Assembly (NCBI GenBank): GCA_963663225.1
Contig: OY760142.1
Span: forward strand, 96,001-160,000
Reading direction: 5' to 3'
Origin: Nitrospirota bacterium
GTDB taxonomy: Bacteria; Nitrospirota; UBA9217
Length of the DNA: 64,000 nucleotides
Below, piece by piece: positions 37,871-48,731 of this stretch (positions within the stretch are counted from its first letter, which is position 1; every line of letters begins with the position of its first letter). Made by a program: the position numbers and the translations under genes. Below the pieces are notes generated by a model. The model searched no databases. It saw nothing but the letters and a program-made list of their open reading frames with translations, and was not told where the DNA came from.

Positions 37871-40546
37871 TTAAATTCCACTCGATTTTTTTTTCAGCTC
37901 GTGCAATTTATTTAGGGCATCAAGCGGCGTCATCGCATTCAGATCCAGATCGGAAATTTCTTTAAAGAGCAAACCGGCTTCGCTTGCAAACAGACCGAGC
38001 TGGGGCTCTGATGTTCGCTCTTCTTTCTTGCTTGGATTGCCGTTCAGGCTGTCGCTCAGAGCGGCACTTTTTTTCCCGCGTTCCCGCTGCGACACGGTCA
38101 CCGGCTCGCCCAATTCATTAAATTCCGCCTGTTCGAGATTCGCAAGCACTTCTTTTGCCCGCTGAATCACGGCATGGGGCAGGCCGGCGAGACGCGCCAC
38201 CTGGATGCCGTAGGATTTGTCGGCTCCTCCCTCCACAACACGGCGGAGAAAAACGATCTGATCGTTCCATTCCTTTATCGCAACGGTATAGTTTTTCACA
38301 CGATCCATGGTGAGGGCAAGCTCCGTCAGTTCGTGGTAGTGCGTGGCAAACATTGTTCGGGCCCTGAGTTTTGTATGGATAAATTCCGCGACAGCCCACG
38401 CAATGCTGATCCCGTCAAACGTGCTCGTGCCCCTGCCGATTTCATCCAGAATGATAAGGCTGCGGTCCGTGGCATTATTCAAAATATTTGCCGTTTCATT
38501 CATCTCCACCATAAACGTGCTCTGGCCTCGCGAGAGAAAATCAGACGCTCCCACGCGGGTAAAGATTCTATCGACAAGACCGATCTGCGCTTCCCGTGCG
38601 GGGACAAAGCCGCCCATCTGCGCCATCAGCGTAATCAGCGCCACCTGGCGCATGTACGTGGACTTTCCAGCCATGTTCGGACCCGTTAAAATCATCAACT
38701 GATTCTCTTCGCAGTCAAGAAGCGTGTCGTTCGGTATAAATCGCTCCTCAAGGGAGAAGCGCTCTATCACCGGGTGACGGCCCTCGACAATCCGGAGAAT
38801 GTCGTTGTCCAGTATCGCAGGACGCACATAGTTGTTTTTTGCCGCCGACTCGGCCAATGAAATCAGACAGTCGATGTCGGCCAGTTTTCTGGCACTATCC
38901 TGGATCCGCACGGTTTCGGCTGATACGGCCTCACGAACCTCTAAAAACAGGCGGTATTCCAGTTCCAGAATCTTCTCTTCAGCGCCGAGCACCTTGTCTT
39001 CGTATTCTTTGAGTTCCGGAGTAATGAACCGCTCGGCATTTGCGAGCGTCTGCTTTCTGATAAAATCCTGGGGAACGTTCGCGAGATTTGCTTTTGTAAC
39101 CTCAAGGTAATAGCCGAACACCCTGTTATAGCTGACTTTGAGCGAGTTGATCCCGGTTCGCTCCCGCTCCCGGCGTTCAATGCCCGCAATCCACCCCTTG
39201 CCTTCCGAACTGATGGAACGGAGTTCATCCAGATCCCGATTGAACCCTTTTTTTATCAATTTCCCTTCGCGCAACGTATGGGGAGGGTCGTCGAAAACAG
39301 CGTTCTCTATGCATTGGAAGACGTCCTGCAAGTCGTCCCACTTCGAGAGGACGGAGAAAACAAACCGCGATGCACAGGGTGAAAGCAGCTCGCGGATTTT
39401 TGGCAGCATGACAAGCGACTGCTTCAACGCAAGCAGATCGCGTGCGTTTGCAACACCGAGTGAAACACGGCTGATAAGCCGCTCGAGATCATAAATAGAC
39501 CGGAATGCAGCCCGGAGGTCGGTGCGGAGCTGGTAGCTTTCTTTAAATTCATCTACTGCATCATGCCGAAGTTCGATCTCGCGTGCATCCATAAGCGGAT
39601 TCAAAAGCCATTCACGCAGCTTCCTGCCGCCCATGGGAGTGATCGTATCATCAAGCACCTCAAGAAGAGTCCCTTTTGCGGAGCCGTCGTAACTGTTTTT
39701 AACAAGTTCCAGAGTGCGCTGGCACGTTGAATCGAGTATCATATATGCCCGGGCAAGAAACGGCTTTATCTGGCGGATATTGGCAAGACTGGTCTTTTGC
39801 GTTTCCTCAATATACCGGAGCGCTGCGCCCGCCGCTGAAAGGCCGGCCTTCATCCCGCCGCATCCAAAACCGTCAAGGGACGCTGTTTTAAAGTGATCCA
39901 GCAGCGTGCGGAGGGCAGTTATCCTGTCGAACGTCCAATCGTCATACGTATTGACTGCCTGGGTGTATTGTCTCAGCAAGCCCGAAAGCCGCGCATCGAT
40001 AGCACTGCCTTTTGGCAGCACGATTTCCCGGGGAGTAAAACGCGAGAGCAGAGTATCAAGCTCGGCGAAATTATCCGCTCCATCCACCTCGGCCATAAAA
40101 AAATCCCCGGTTGTTATATCAAGAAAAGCCAGGCCAAAACCGTCCTTGGATACACAGAGGCTGGCCAGATAGTTATGATCCTTATCGTCGAGCAGATTAG
40201 CGTCCAGAACAGTGCCCGGTGTCACCACCCTGATCACTTCCCGTTTTACAATACCTTTTGCAAGCTTCGGGTCTTCCACCTGCTCGCAGATGGCGACCTT
40301 GAATCCCCGCCTGATCAGCTTTGCGATATAGCCTTCAGCCGCATGGTAAGGAAAACCGCACAACGGCGTCTCGATGCCTTTTGACTTATTCCGCGCCGTC
40401 AGCGTAATTTCAAGTATTTTTGATGCCGTCAGCGCGTCCTGGTCGAACATCTCGTAGAAATCGCCCATCCGGAACAGCAGAATTGCGTCTACATGCTGCC
40501 GTTTAATCTCGTAGTATTGCTTCATGAGGGGGGTCGAGTCGGTCAT
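37871..40546 (-). CDS. mutS: DNA mismatch repair protein MutS
   Basis: TPLMKQY, FRMGDFYEMF, GPNMAGKSTYMRQ, STFMVEM, DEIGRGTST, SYGIQVA. Confidence 0.99.
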   Translation of the reverse strand: MTDSTPLMKQYYEIKRQHVDAILLFRMGDFYEMFDQDALTASKILEITLTARNKSKGIETPLCGFPYHAAEGYIAKLIRRGFKVAICEQVEDPKLAKGIVKREVIRVVTPGTVLDANLLDDKDHNYLASLCVSKDGFGLAFLDITTGDFFMAEVDGADNFAELDTLLSRFTPREIVLPKGSAIDARLSGLLRQYTQAVNTYDDWTFDRITALRTLLDHFKTASLDGFGCGGMKAGLSAAGAALRYIEETQKTSLANIRQIKPFLARAYMILDSTCQRTLELVKNSYDGSAKGTLLEVLDDTITPMGGRKLREWLLNPLMDAREIELRHDAVDEFKESYQLRTDLRAAFRSIYDLERLISRVSLGVANARDLLALKQSLVMLPKIRELLSPCASRFVFSVLSKWDDLQDVFQCIENAVFDDPPHTLREGKLIKKGFNRDLDELRSISSEGKGWIAGIERRERERTGINSLKVSYNRVFGYYLEVTKANLANVPQDFIRKQTLANAERFITPELKEYEDKVLGAEEKILELEYRLFLEVREAVSAETVRIQDSARKLADIDCLISLAESAAKNNYVRPAILDNDILRIVEGRHPVIERFSLEERFIPNDTLLDCEENQLMILTGPNMAGKSTYMRQVALITLMAQMGGFVPAREAQIGLVDRIFTRVGASDFLSRGQSTFMVEMNETANILNNATDRSLIILDEIGRGTSTFDGISIAWAVAEFIHTKLRARTMFATHYHELTELALTMDRVKNYTVAIKEWNDQIVFLRRVVEGGADKSYGIQVARLAGLPHAVIQRAKEVLANLEQAEFNELGEPVTVSQRERGKKSAALSDSLNGNPSKKEERTSEPQLGLFASEAGLLFKEISDLDLNAMTPLDALNKLHELKKKSSGI

Positions 40547-40692
40547 AAGGAATGTACGTCACTCCGGACGAAGCACCTGTGGTTCCGGATTCAGTGAAAA
40601 AACAGTCGCGTAAACATTGCACGAGTCGTTAACAGCATATGTCGCGCTTCTGCTGCCTGATTCTTCCACGAGGTGCTATCCGTTCATGTGCT

Positions 40693-41178
40693 CTATTTTT
40701 CAAAATACGGCTTCAGCCGTTTATACGTGTCTTCAAGAAGTTCAGGCATTACGCGCGCGCCGTCAAAGACCGTTATGAAATTCGTGTCTCCGTTCCAGCG
40801 CGGAACAATCTGAATATGGAGATGTTCCGGCAATCCGGCGCCGGCAGCCTTCCCGATGTTGATGCCCACGTTGAAACCGCCGGGATGCATATCCTGTTTC
40901 AAAATATGCACCGCTTTTTGCGTCATGGCCATCAATTCGCATAAACCGTCCGGGGTCAGCTGTTCAGGATCCGCAACATGCATATTGGGAACCACCATGA
41001 GATGTCCGCTGTTGTACGGATACCGGTTCATGATAACATAGCAATGCTCGGCCCGATGCAGTATGAATGCTTTTTTGTCGTCTTTCAGTGCGAATGCTTC
41101 ACACAGAAAACAGCCGGATTGATTCTGCGCATTGCTCACAATATAATCCATTCTCCACGGCGCCCAGAGCCGGTCCAT
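40693..41178 (-). CDS. HIT family hydrolase (FHIT/Ap4A phosphorylase-like)
   Basis: LWAPWR, NRYPYNSGHLMV, HLHIQIVPRW (HxHxQ variant). Confidence 0.9.
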   Translation of the reverse strand: MDRLWAPWRMDYIVSNAQNQSGCFLCEAFALKDDKKAFILHRAEHCYVIMNRYPYNSGHLMVVPNMHVADPEQLTPDGLCELMAMTQKAVHILKQDMHPGGFNVGINIGKAAGAGLPEHLHIQIVPRWNGDTNFITVFDGARVMPELLEDTYKRLKPYFEK

Positions 41179-41195
41179 AGGTTCGATGAGCCTTG

Positions 41196-41239
41196 AGCCG
41201 AACGCGGAATCCGGAGGCTTCCGGTTTCCTGCTTCCGCT
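41196..41239. repeat. Inverted heptamer tandem repeats
   Basis: agccgaa-cgcggaa-tccggag then ttccggt-ttcctgc-ttccgct. Confidence 0.55.
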
Positions 41240-41241
41240 CC

Positions 41242-42033
41242 CTATCCTTTCTCCAACTTTTTCACTTCAGCCATTACCAGCTGTATATCTTTCCATACCA
41301 GAGCTTTGTCCTTCGGATTCCTGAGCAGATACGCAGGATGAAACGTCGGCATAAGCGGGATACCCTGGCAGGTTTGCCAGGCTCCCCGAAGTGCGGTAAT
41401 TCCCCGGCTTGTTTTCAATAATGTCTTCGCAGCGATATTTCCGAGTGCTACGATGACCTTCGGTTTAATCTCCTGAAGCTGTCTGAGCAGAAACGGCTCG
41501 CACGATTCGATTTCATCCGGTTCGGGATTTCGGTTGTCCGGCGGGCGGCACTTGACGATATTGCAGATATAGACATCCTCGCGTTTGAGCTTCATGCCTT
41601 TCACGATGATGTCCGTCAGGAGCTGACCTGCCGCTCCGACAAATGGTCTGCCTTGCTGGTCCTCTTCGAAGCCGGGCCCTTCGCCGACGAACACCAGCGC
41701 GGCCCTTGGGTTCCCTTCTCCGAAAACAATGTTTGTTCTCCCTGTATGCAACTTGCACCTGGTGCAACCGGCCAGTTCCTCCCGGAGGCTGTCGAGGCCT
41801 GTTTTGTTCTGCCCTGCAGGAATCTGTCCTGCATGATCAGAGAAGGGCACCGGTGTCGACGCTGCCGACGTCATGCTGCGTTCCGGATTTACGCGTACCG
41901 GTACATCGGTACGTACCGGTATTGAACCGACACCAAGCATCTGCTGATATTCGAGATGCATCCGCACTTGGGTGAGAATATCCGCAAATGCGGCCTGCAA
42001 TTCATCTGTTTTTTGAAGGGAAGTTTCGGCCAT
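41242..42033 (-). CDS. Family 4 uracil-DNA glycosylase (4Fe-4S)
   Basis: CTRCKL, GEGPG.EED..GRPFVG, NIVKCRPP.NR.P, TFHPAYLLR. Confidence 0.95.
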   Translation of the reverse strand: MAETSLQKTDELQAAFADILTQVRMHLEYQQMLGVGSIPVRTDVPVRVNPERSMTSAASTPVPFSDHAGQIPAGQNKTGLDSLREELAGCTRCKLHTGRTNIVFGEGNPRAALVFVGEGPGFEEDQQGRPFVGAAGQLLTDIIVKGMKLKREDVYICNIVKCRPPDNRNPEPDEIESCEPFLLRQLQEIKPKVIVALGNIAAKTLLKTSRGITALRGAWQTCQGIPLMPTFHPAYLLRNPKDKALVWKDIQLVMAEVKKLEKG

Positions 42034-42051
42034 ACGCTCGTCGGAATAATT

Positions 42052-42903
42052 TCAATTTCCCCATTTCAATTTCGTCCGAAGTATCTCGTAATAGGTCTTC
42101 GTCGGATGCTTAATCAACCGTAGTTTATAGCGGGATTTTCTGATTTCGATAATATTCAAAGGTTCCAGCGAAAATCCGATCTGGCCGTCCAGCGTAAGCG
42201 TTACGTCCTCGCTCTCTGAAGTAAGGCAGACAGTGATGGCTACATCATCAGGCAGGCAAATCGGCCTGTTCGTCAGGGTCTGGGGGCAAATCGGCGTCAC
42301 AATCAGCCCATGAACGGTCGGCTGGAGAATCGGTCCGCCCGCGGCAAGAGAGTATGCCGTGGATCCTGTCGGTGTTGCCACAATCAGTCCGTCCGCACGG
42401 AGCGTCGTCAGGAAAATGCCGTTCACCGAAACGGTCAAATCCATCATTCTGGCAAGCGCGCCCTTGTTGATCACTGCATCATTCAGAGCCCGGTAGCGTT
42501 CCACGTATTTGTCATTGCGGATCACGCTCACGGAAAGCATGATCCTGTCTTCGGTTTCCAGTTTTCCCGCGATCGCCTGCTCAAGGTTCTCATACAGTTC
42601 CCCAACGGAAACTTCAGTCATGAATCCGAGGCTGCCGAGATTAACACCAAAAATGGGAACGTTTGCCCGTGATTCCGCAACACTTCGGGCGGCCGACAGC
42701 AGCGTTCCATCCCCTCCCAGCACTATGATCATTTCCGCAAGCGCTGCTATTTTTGCCCGGTCATAACCCGGCCGCTTGATCGCAATGGCGGTTTCCCTGT
42801 CGATAAAGACCTTCTTGCCTCGTTTTTCAAGCCAGGCGGTCAGGTTCTTCACCGTCTTTTGGGCTGTCGGGGTGTTTTTAGCAATAATGCCTATTTTTTT
42901 CAT
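42052..42903 (-). CDS. nadK: NAD kinase
   Basis: GGDGT, N.GSLGF, LND, DGLIVATPTGSTAYSLAAGGP. Confidence 0.96.
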   Translation of the reverse strand: MKKIGIIAKNTPTAQKTVKNLTAWLEKRGKKVFIDRETAIAIKRPGYDRAKIAALAEMIIVLGGDGTLLSAARSVAESRANVPIFGVNLGSLGFMTEVSVGELYENLEQAIAGKLETEDRIMLSVSVIRNDKYVERYRALNDAVINKGALARMMDLTVSVNGIFLTTLRADGLIVATPTGSTAYSLAAGGPILQPTVHGLIVTPICPQTLTNRPICLPDDVAITVCLTSESEDVTLTLDGQIGFSLEPLNIIEIRKSRYKLRLIKHPTKTYYEILRTKLKWGN

Positions 42904-42979
42904 ACGACATTATAATCCTGTCACTGGTAGTATGGTTGTTCGATTATAAACTTGTTTTAAACGTTATATGCAGGGGAGA

Positions 42980-43450
42980 CTACATCTGGAGATCCCGCCT
43001 CAGTTCCTCCAGCAGCGCTTCATACCGCTTCCCTTCTGCAAGAAATCCGATTTCGCGGCTCCGGTCATCGACATAGGCAAGATAGACGCTCAAGGATTCC
43101 TCGGGAAGCTCATCTTCCGCCCTTTCGGCCCATTCTATTACCGTTACGCCGTCGGAATCAATATACTCGTCAAAACCGATATTCACCAGTTCTCCGGGCT
43201 CCTGAAGGCGGTACAGATCAATATGATAGAAGGGAACGCGGCCCTGATACTCGTTCACAAAGGTAAACGTCGGACTGGTAATATACTGCGTTTGTACACG
43301 AAGCCCCTGTGCGATGCCGTAGGCAAAATTCGTCTTGCCTGACCCGAGATCACCGTATAGACAGACCGTATCGCCGGGACCAAGACGGGAACCGAGCATC
43401 TCTCCGATCTGCCAGGTCCGTTCCGGGCTTGAAGTAATTACTGTGAACAT
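42980..43450 (-). CDS. tsaE: tRNA t6A biosynthesis ATPase TsaE
   Basis: GDLGSGKT, TSPTF, HIDLYRL, IEW. Confidence 0.96.
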   Translation of the reverse strand: MFTVITSSPERTWQIGEMLGSRLGPGDTVCLYGDLGSGKTNFAYGIAQGLRVQTQYITSPTFTFVNEYQGRVPFYHIDLYRLQEPGELVNIGFDEYIDSDGVTVIEWAERAEDELPEESLSVYLAYVDDRSREIGFLAEGKRYEALLEELRRDLQM

Positions 43451-43908
43451 TAGTCGGTTTGAAGCGTGACCGCTTTTACCACGTCGCGTTTACCGACTAT
43501 CCCGGCAATCGCTCCCGCTTTAACGACAGGAAGAAGATGCACTTTTTTTTCAGACATGATCGTGGCGATATCGACGATTGTCGTATCTTCCGTAATGGTG
43601 ATAACATTCCGAGTGCATATTTCTTCAACCAATGTCGCGGTCATGCGTTTCACTTCCTGCTGAAATTTTTTTGAACTTTCCAGATAAATTGCCGCATCGA
43701 GAAAACTCACCACGGTCGGGATGTGGAGCCGCTTGTTTTGACTGATAAGGTCATTTTCCGTTACGATTCCGAAGAGAGCACCCGACTTGTCCACCACGGG
43801 AACACCGCTGATTTCGTGCTCCACAAGGATGGATGCGAGCATGGTTAGAGATGTTGCTGGTCCAACGGTAATCACGTCTTTTGTCATGATGTCTTTCGCG
43901 GTAAGCAT
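43450..43908 (-). CDS. CBS domain pair protein
   Basis: AKDIMT..VITV, ISGVPVVD..G...GIVTE.DL, second CBS repeat. Confidence 0.9.
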   Translation of the reverse strand: MLTAKDIMTKDVITVGPATSLTMLASILVEHEISGVPVVDKSGALFGIVTENDLISQNKRLHIPTVVSFLDAAIYLESSKKFQQEVKRMTATLVEEICTRNVITITEDTTIVDIATIMSEKKVHLLPVVKAGAIAGIVGKRDVVKAVTLQTD

Positions 43909-43936
43909 GAGCCACCTCCCTGAAAAGCAGCAGTGA

Positions 43937-45478
43937 TTATTTAACTGTTTTCAATATCGCCTCCGGAATCCTTTCAATCAAGTCGCCCGCTGTAAGGCCC
44001 ATCTCTCCCTTTTCTTTTGCAGCAAGATCCCCCGCAAGACCGTGCAGATAGACCCCAAGACATGCTGCCTGCATCGCAGGATATCCTTGTGCGAGCAGAC
44101 CGCCGATCATGCCGGTAAGCGCATCGCCTGTCCCGCCGGTGGCCATGCCCGGATTTCCCGTCGAGTTGACAAACACTTTCCCGTCAGGACACGCCACCAC
44201 AGTGCCCGCTCCCTTGAGGACAAGCACGACCTTATAGGCCGCAGCAAAACCGGAAGCGATGCCGACTCTGTCCTTCTGGACGTCGGCAGAGGAAAGACCG
44301 GTAAGCCGCGCCATTTCGCCGGGATGGGGAGTCAGAACGACCGGTGCTTTTATTTTTTTCAGGACATCAACGGTGCGGGCCACGGCATTGAGCCCGTCTG
44401 CGTCAATCACCAGCGGAATTTTCAGACGTTGAACAAGGTTGCGTACAACAGCGGCGGTTTCGTGATGGGTGGAAAGCCCCGGACCGATTGCGCAGGCGGC
44501 CATCCCCGACGCGAATTTGAGCAGTTCTTCCTCTGATCCGATCCCCAGGGTTCCTTCCATGCTTTCTCCGGAAGGGATGCACATGGCTTCCGCAATGTGC
44601 GATTGAATAATCGGCACCAGAGTATGCGGTGTCGCGACACTCACAAGGCCGGTACCTATTCTCAGTGCTGACCGGGCCGACATGACGGCGGCACCTGCCT
44701 TGCCCGGAGATCCGGCGATAATCATCAGATGGCCAAAATCTCCTTTATGTGCATCCCGTTTTCGGGGTGCGAGAACTCCCCATGCGGCTCCTTGCTCCAG
44801 AAGAGAGACGGTCAGCTTCTCTTTTTCGATCACTTCAGAAGGGATGCCGATGTCCGCGACGCGCACCATACCGGCACATTGTGATCCCGGCTGAAGAACA
44901 AGGCCCCTCTTTAAAAGCGCCATGGTCACGGTCAGGTCGGCGTTGACGGCAGTACCCATGACCGCGCCGGAATCCGCATTGATCCCCGTGGGGATATCAA
45001 CGGCGACCACAGGCTTTCCTGAAGCATTGATCAGTTCAACGGTCTGAGCAAATCGGCCTTTCAGCGGGGAAGAAAGCCCCACTCCGAGCAGAGCATCCAC
45101 AACGATATCCGACCATTGGAGAATATCGTTGATCGAAGATGCCGAGGCATTCGGAATAATCTGGACATCCGTTTTGCGCAAAACAGCAAGGTTGGTTTTT
45201 GCCTCTCCCTGCAGCGCCGCAAACGGAGCAAGCAGGACCGCGCGCACTGCCACACCGCGGATACGCAGCCGTCTTGCAAGGGCAAGACCGTCTCCTCCAT
45301 TATTTCCCTTGCCGCAGATGATGGCGACCCGGAGCCCCTCCAATCCGTCAAAAAACCGCTCCATCTCCTCCATGACGGCAATTGCCGCGCTCTCCATCAG
45401 CACCAGGCCCGGTACTCCAAAATAAACGATCGCCCTCCGGTCTATGTTTTTCATCTGCTGTGCAGTAACAATCTTCAT
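43937..45478 (-). CDS. nnr: Bifunctional NAD(P)H-hydrate epimerase/dehydratase
   Basis: GKGNNGGDG, VDALLG.G, DIPTG, HKGDFG, GPGL, TPHPGE, ATGGTGD; start moved to MKIVT. Confidence 0.95.
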   Translation of the reverse strand: MKIVTAQQMKNIDRRAIVYFGVPGLVLMESAAIAVMEEMERFFDGLEGLRVAIICGKGNNGGDGLALARRLRIRGVAVRAVLLAPFAALQGEAKTNLAVLRKTDVQIIPNASASSINDILQWSDIVVDALLGVGLSSPLKGRFAQTVELINASGKPVVAVDIPTGINADSGAVMGTAVNADLTVTMALLKRGLVLQPGSQCAGMVRVADIGIPSEVIEKEKLTVSLLEQGAAWGVLAPRKRDAHKGDFGHLMIIAGSPGKAGAAVMSARSALRIGTGLVSVATPHTLVPIIQSHIAEAMCIPSGESMEGTLGIGSEEELLKFASGMAACAIGPGLSTHHETAAVVRNLVQRLKIPLVIDADGLNAVARTVDVLKKIKAPVVLTPHPGEMARLTGLSSADVQKDRVGIASGFAAAYKVVLVLKGAGTVVACPDGKVFVNSTGNPGMATGGTGDALTGMIGGLLAQGYPAMQAACLGVYLHGLAGDLAAKEKGEMGLTAGDLIERIPEAILKTVK

Positions 45479-45552
45479 AAGTATAAACAGACCAGCCTTT
45501 CTCCAGCACGAGGAATAAAAAAACAGCAAAAAACTTTGGAAAGGATGTTGCC

Positions 45553-45972
45553 TTACGGCTCCTCGCGCATTACCGGCACCGCACCGCCCGCAAGCACGAC
45601 CTGTGCGACGGCATAGTCTCCGTCATGCGAATAGCTGAGCAAAATCTGGCGCACGCCCTTGAGATCCATGAGATCTTTTACCCGCCCCGAAATATTCACG
45701 ACGGGACCGCCCCCTTCGCCGTGAAGGACTTCCATATCGGTCCACTTTACTCCCGCGCTCCATCCCGTTCCGATGGCCTTCAACAACGCCTCCTTGGCTG
45801 CGAAACGGGCGGCGTAATGTTGTGATGGAAATTTCTGTTTAGAACAGTACTCACGTTCCGATTCAGTGAATACCCGCTCGAGAAAACCGGAATGGCTGGT
45901 CCTCGCTTTATGAATGCGTTCGATCATTACCAGATCAATCCCAATACCGATAATCATCCATCCCCCCATCAT
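45553..45972 (-). CDS. acpS: Holo-[acyl-carrier-protein] synthase
   Basis: GIGIDLV, RVFT..E, AARFAAKEA..KA.GTG, SYSH. Confidence 0.95.
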   Translation of the reverse strand: MMGGWMIIGIGIDLVMIERIHKARTSHSGFLERVFTESEREYCSKQKFPSQHYAARFAAKEALLKAIGTGWSAGVKWTDMEVLHGEGGGPVVNISGRVKDLMDLKGVRQILLSYSHDGDYAVAQVVLAGGAVPVMREEP

Positions 45973-45986
45973 TGTCTGACCGGCAA

Positions 45987-46706
45987 TTATTCTGTCTCAA
46001 CTAACGATTTCATTTCCTTCACTGCCCGCTCCAGCCCTACCAGGGCGGCCCGGGAAATGATGCTGTGACCGATATTGAGTTCCTCTATCTCTGGGATACG
46101 CGCGATGGCCTGCACGTTTCTATAATCAAGGCCGTGCCCGGCCCCCACGTGAAGCCCGAGGCTCGCAGCCAGTTTTGCCGCATCAATAATTTTCTGAAGC
46201 TGTTCTGCGATGTCCTTCTCCTGTTTCGCGTTGGCGTATGCTCCGGTGTGGAGTTCCACCCACTCCGCAGTTGTTTTTTTGGCGGCCATAATCTGTCGTT
46301 CATCGGGGTCGACAAAAAGGCTGACGATAATTCCGCCCCGATGAAGCCGCTCCGTATATGATTTCAAAAAATCAATGCGGGAGGCCGTTTCCAGGCCCCC
46401 TTCCGTGGTAAGTTCTTCCCTTTTTTCCGGCACCAGGGTCGACAAATCAGGTTTTACTTCCAGAGCTATGCGCTGCATCTCCTCGGTTGCGGCCATCTCG
46501 AAATTCAATTTTGTATGCACAATTTCTCGAAGCAGCCGCAGGTCCCGGTCCTGAATATGCCGCCGGTCCTCACGCAGATGCGCTATGATGCCGGCCGCAC
46601 CCGCGGTTTCGGCAATCACCGCTGCCGCAATCGGATCCGGTTCATTGCCTTTTCGCGCCTGCCGGAGTGTCGCGATATGATCAATATTGACAGATAACTG
46701 TGGCAC
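45987..46706 (-). CDS. pdxJ: Pyridoxine 5'-phosphate synthase
   Basis: [51 protein letters not shown]. Confidence 0.98.
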   Translation of the reverse strand: MPQLSVNIDHIATLRQARKGNEPDPIAAAVIAETAGAAGIIAHLREDRRHIQDRDLRLLREIVHTKLNFEMAATEEMQRIALEVKPDLSTLVPEKREELTTEGGLETASRIDFLKSYTERLHRGGIIVSLFVDPDERQIMAAKKTTAEWVELHTGAYANAKQEKDIAEQLQKIIDAAKLAASLGLHVGAGHGLDYRNVQAIARIPEIEELNIGHSIISRAALVGLERAVKEMKSLVETE

Positions 46707-46956
46707 AACGAATCCTCCTGCAAAATAAGCGATATTGATTCGATTCTATCATCTCTCTGTTAAAATATCCACAAAATTTGATCCGCAGCGTTCTTACAAG
46801 AGCTGCATACTCTCATCTTTTTTCCCTGCACCTCTCTCGCACGGTCAAGGTACTTTTTACGCTGTTGAAGAGGTGAAAATTACCGTCGATTCGGCATTGA
46901 CCCCAATCCCCTCCTTTGGTATAGTTATTTTACGTTCTGTATCCGGAGGTGGAGTA

Positions 46957-48135
46957 ATGATTCGTCTTCTTAATCTATGGCTCTTCGTGTTTTCATTTCT
47001 TGCGGCATCGGCATTTCCACTCTTCGCCCAAGAGACAAAAACCGTAACTGCGGAAGGAGTGGCAGTCATCCAGGGCACTGCCAAAGACATCGCACGCGAT
47101 GCTGCTGTCGAGGACGCCCAAAAACGGGCCGTGGAACAGGCCATCGGCATTCTGATCGACTCTCAGACGCAGGTTGAAAACTATCAGCTCATCAGCGACA
47201 ACATTCTTGCGCAGACCAAGGGGTATATCAAACAATACTCAGTTGTATCCGAGACTGTTGACGGGAACCTGCTACGCGTCCGGATAAACGCCGAAGTCGC
47301 GCTCGATCAGTTGACGGAAGATCTTACCGGCATCGGCATCCTGTTGGGGCGCATGAACAAACCCCGCACTATGGTCATGATCGCGGAGCAGAACGTCGGC
47401 CAGGGCGTCTATGCCTGGTGGGCGGATCCTCATGGACAAGAGGCTGATCTGAGCGCCGTAGAGAACGCGTTCATGGATAAATTCACGGGAAAGGGTTTTG
47501 AGTTCATCGACCATGAGGTCGCCGCAAAAGACATTAAAGTTGCCAAGCCATACCGGGTTGCAAACCTTTCCGCCGCCCAGGCCAAGACGCTGGCCGGCCA
47601 GGCGGACGCGGAAGTCGTTATCATCGGCAAGGCCGTTGCAAAACTCTATGGTGAAATCGGCGGCGGAATAAAATCCGTACAAGCGGACCTGACCGCGCGG
47701 GCAGTGCGCGTCGACACCGGACAGGTCATCGCCACTGCCAGTACGCATGCAGCCGCCGTGCATATTTCCGAAGTCACTGCTGGGACTGAAGCACTCAGAA
47801 AAGCCGCCAATGAAGCGGCAGACGATATGATCGGGAAAATTCTTGCAGTGTATGCGAAGGAAACCGGCAGCACCCGCTCGATCAATATTACCATCACCGG
47901 CCTGAATAAGTCCCAGTTCGTAAAATTCAAGGATGTGCTCAAAAACCAGGTCCGCGGGATCAAGGACCTGCATGAACGGAGCTTCACCGGGACCGCGGCG
48001 AAAATCTCAGTGGACTCCAAGAACAGTGCGCAGACGCTCTCGGATGAACTCGTGCTCAAAGACTTCGGCACGTTTACAGTCGAAGTCGTTGCTTCCACAC
48101 CAAACGCTCTCACGCTGAAGGTGACGCCCAAATAA
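46957..48135 (+). CDS. Exported protein with FlgT-N-like domain and CsgG/TolB-N-like middle domain
   Basis: GGAGG SD, ATG 46957, signal peptide; AEG.A...ARDAAVEDA.KRAVEQA.G pattern; ARAVRVDTGQVIA. Confidence 0.6.
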   Translation: MIRLLNLWLFVFSFLAASAFPLFAQETKTVTAEGVAVIQGTAKDIARDAAVEDAQKRAVEQAIGILIDSQTQVENYQLISDNILAQTKGYIKQYSVVSETVDGNLLRVRINAEVALDQLTEDLTGIGILLGRMNKPRTMVMIAEQNVGQGVYAWWADPHGQEADLSAVENAFMDKFTGKGFEFIDHEVAAKDIKVAKPYRVANLSAAQAKTLAGQADAEVVIIGKAVAKLYGEIGGGIKSVQADLTARAVRVDTGQVIATASTHAAAVHISEVTAGTEALRKAANEAADDMIGKILAVYAKETGSTRSINITITGLNKSQFVKFKDVLKNQVRGIKDLHERSFTGTAAKISVDSKNSAQTLSDELVLKDFGTFTVEVVASTPNALTLKVTPK

Positions 48136-48158
48136 GACGACACGGGTGGACATTCGCA

Positions 48159-48203
48159 ATAAAACTCCCTGTGCAGGCGACTCGTTGAACAGGGATTTTT
48201 TAT
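48159..48203 (+). terminator. Probable intrinsic terminator
   Basis: tccctgt...acaggga followed by tttttt. Confidence 0.55.
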
Positions 48204-48731
48204 GTGCAATAAACAACCGGGATGTTTCCGGCTCGCTTCTGCTCAAAAATATTGATATTACAATTACTTTTATGCACAGTATTTTCTTGAAGACAAAAAC
48301 AAACATTTATCATTACAAATCAAGCAGATAACATCAAATGCTGCCTTGTAGGCACGTATCCTTCGTGATGAATTCAACCATTCAGAGCCGAAAACATACC
48401 ATTTAAACCCCGCATAGTGCTTTTCATACCTTTTACATTGTTTCTCTGCCGCAGTCCCTTTACAGTATAGTCAAACGTAAGCTGTATGACGCCGTTTTTA
48501 CATCTTGTCTTTTTCTGCCGCTTTCCCGAATTGCAGGGACTGGTGGAATAGGAAGTCTCTGACATATTTGGGCCTCCGAAAGAGCTTGTGTCAATTGCAT
48601 CAATATCAGCCAATAGGAAAATGAAATAACGCATAAAACGGCATCGGGCTATTTCTGATGCAAAAAGTGATGCTGTTATTTGTGCGTAGCTTCAGTTTTG
48701 AAAAAATCTATTGAAAGAGAGGTAATAAGCC

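Noticed and set aside
48345-48370. GGCAC motif as a sigma54 promoter for lctP
   Set aside because: The required GC at -12 is missing
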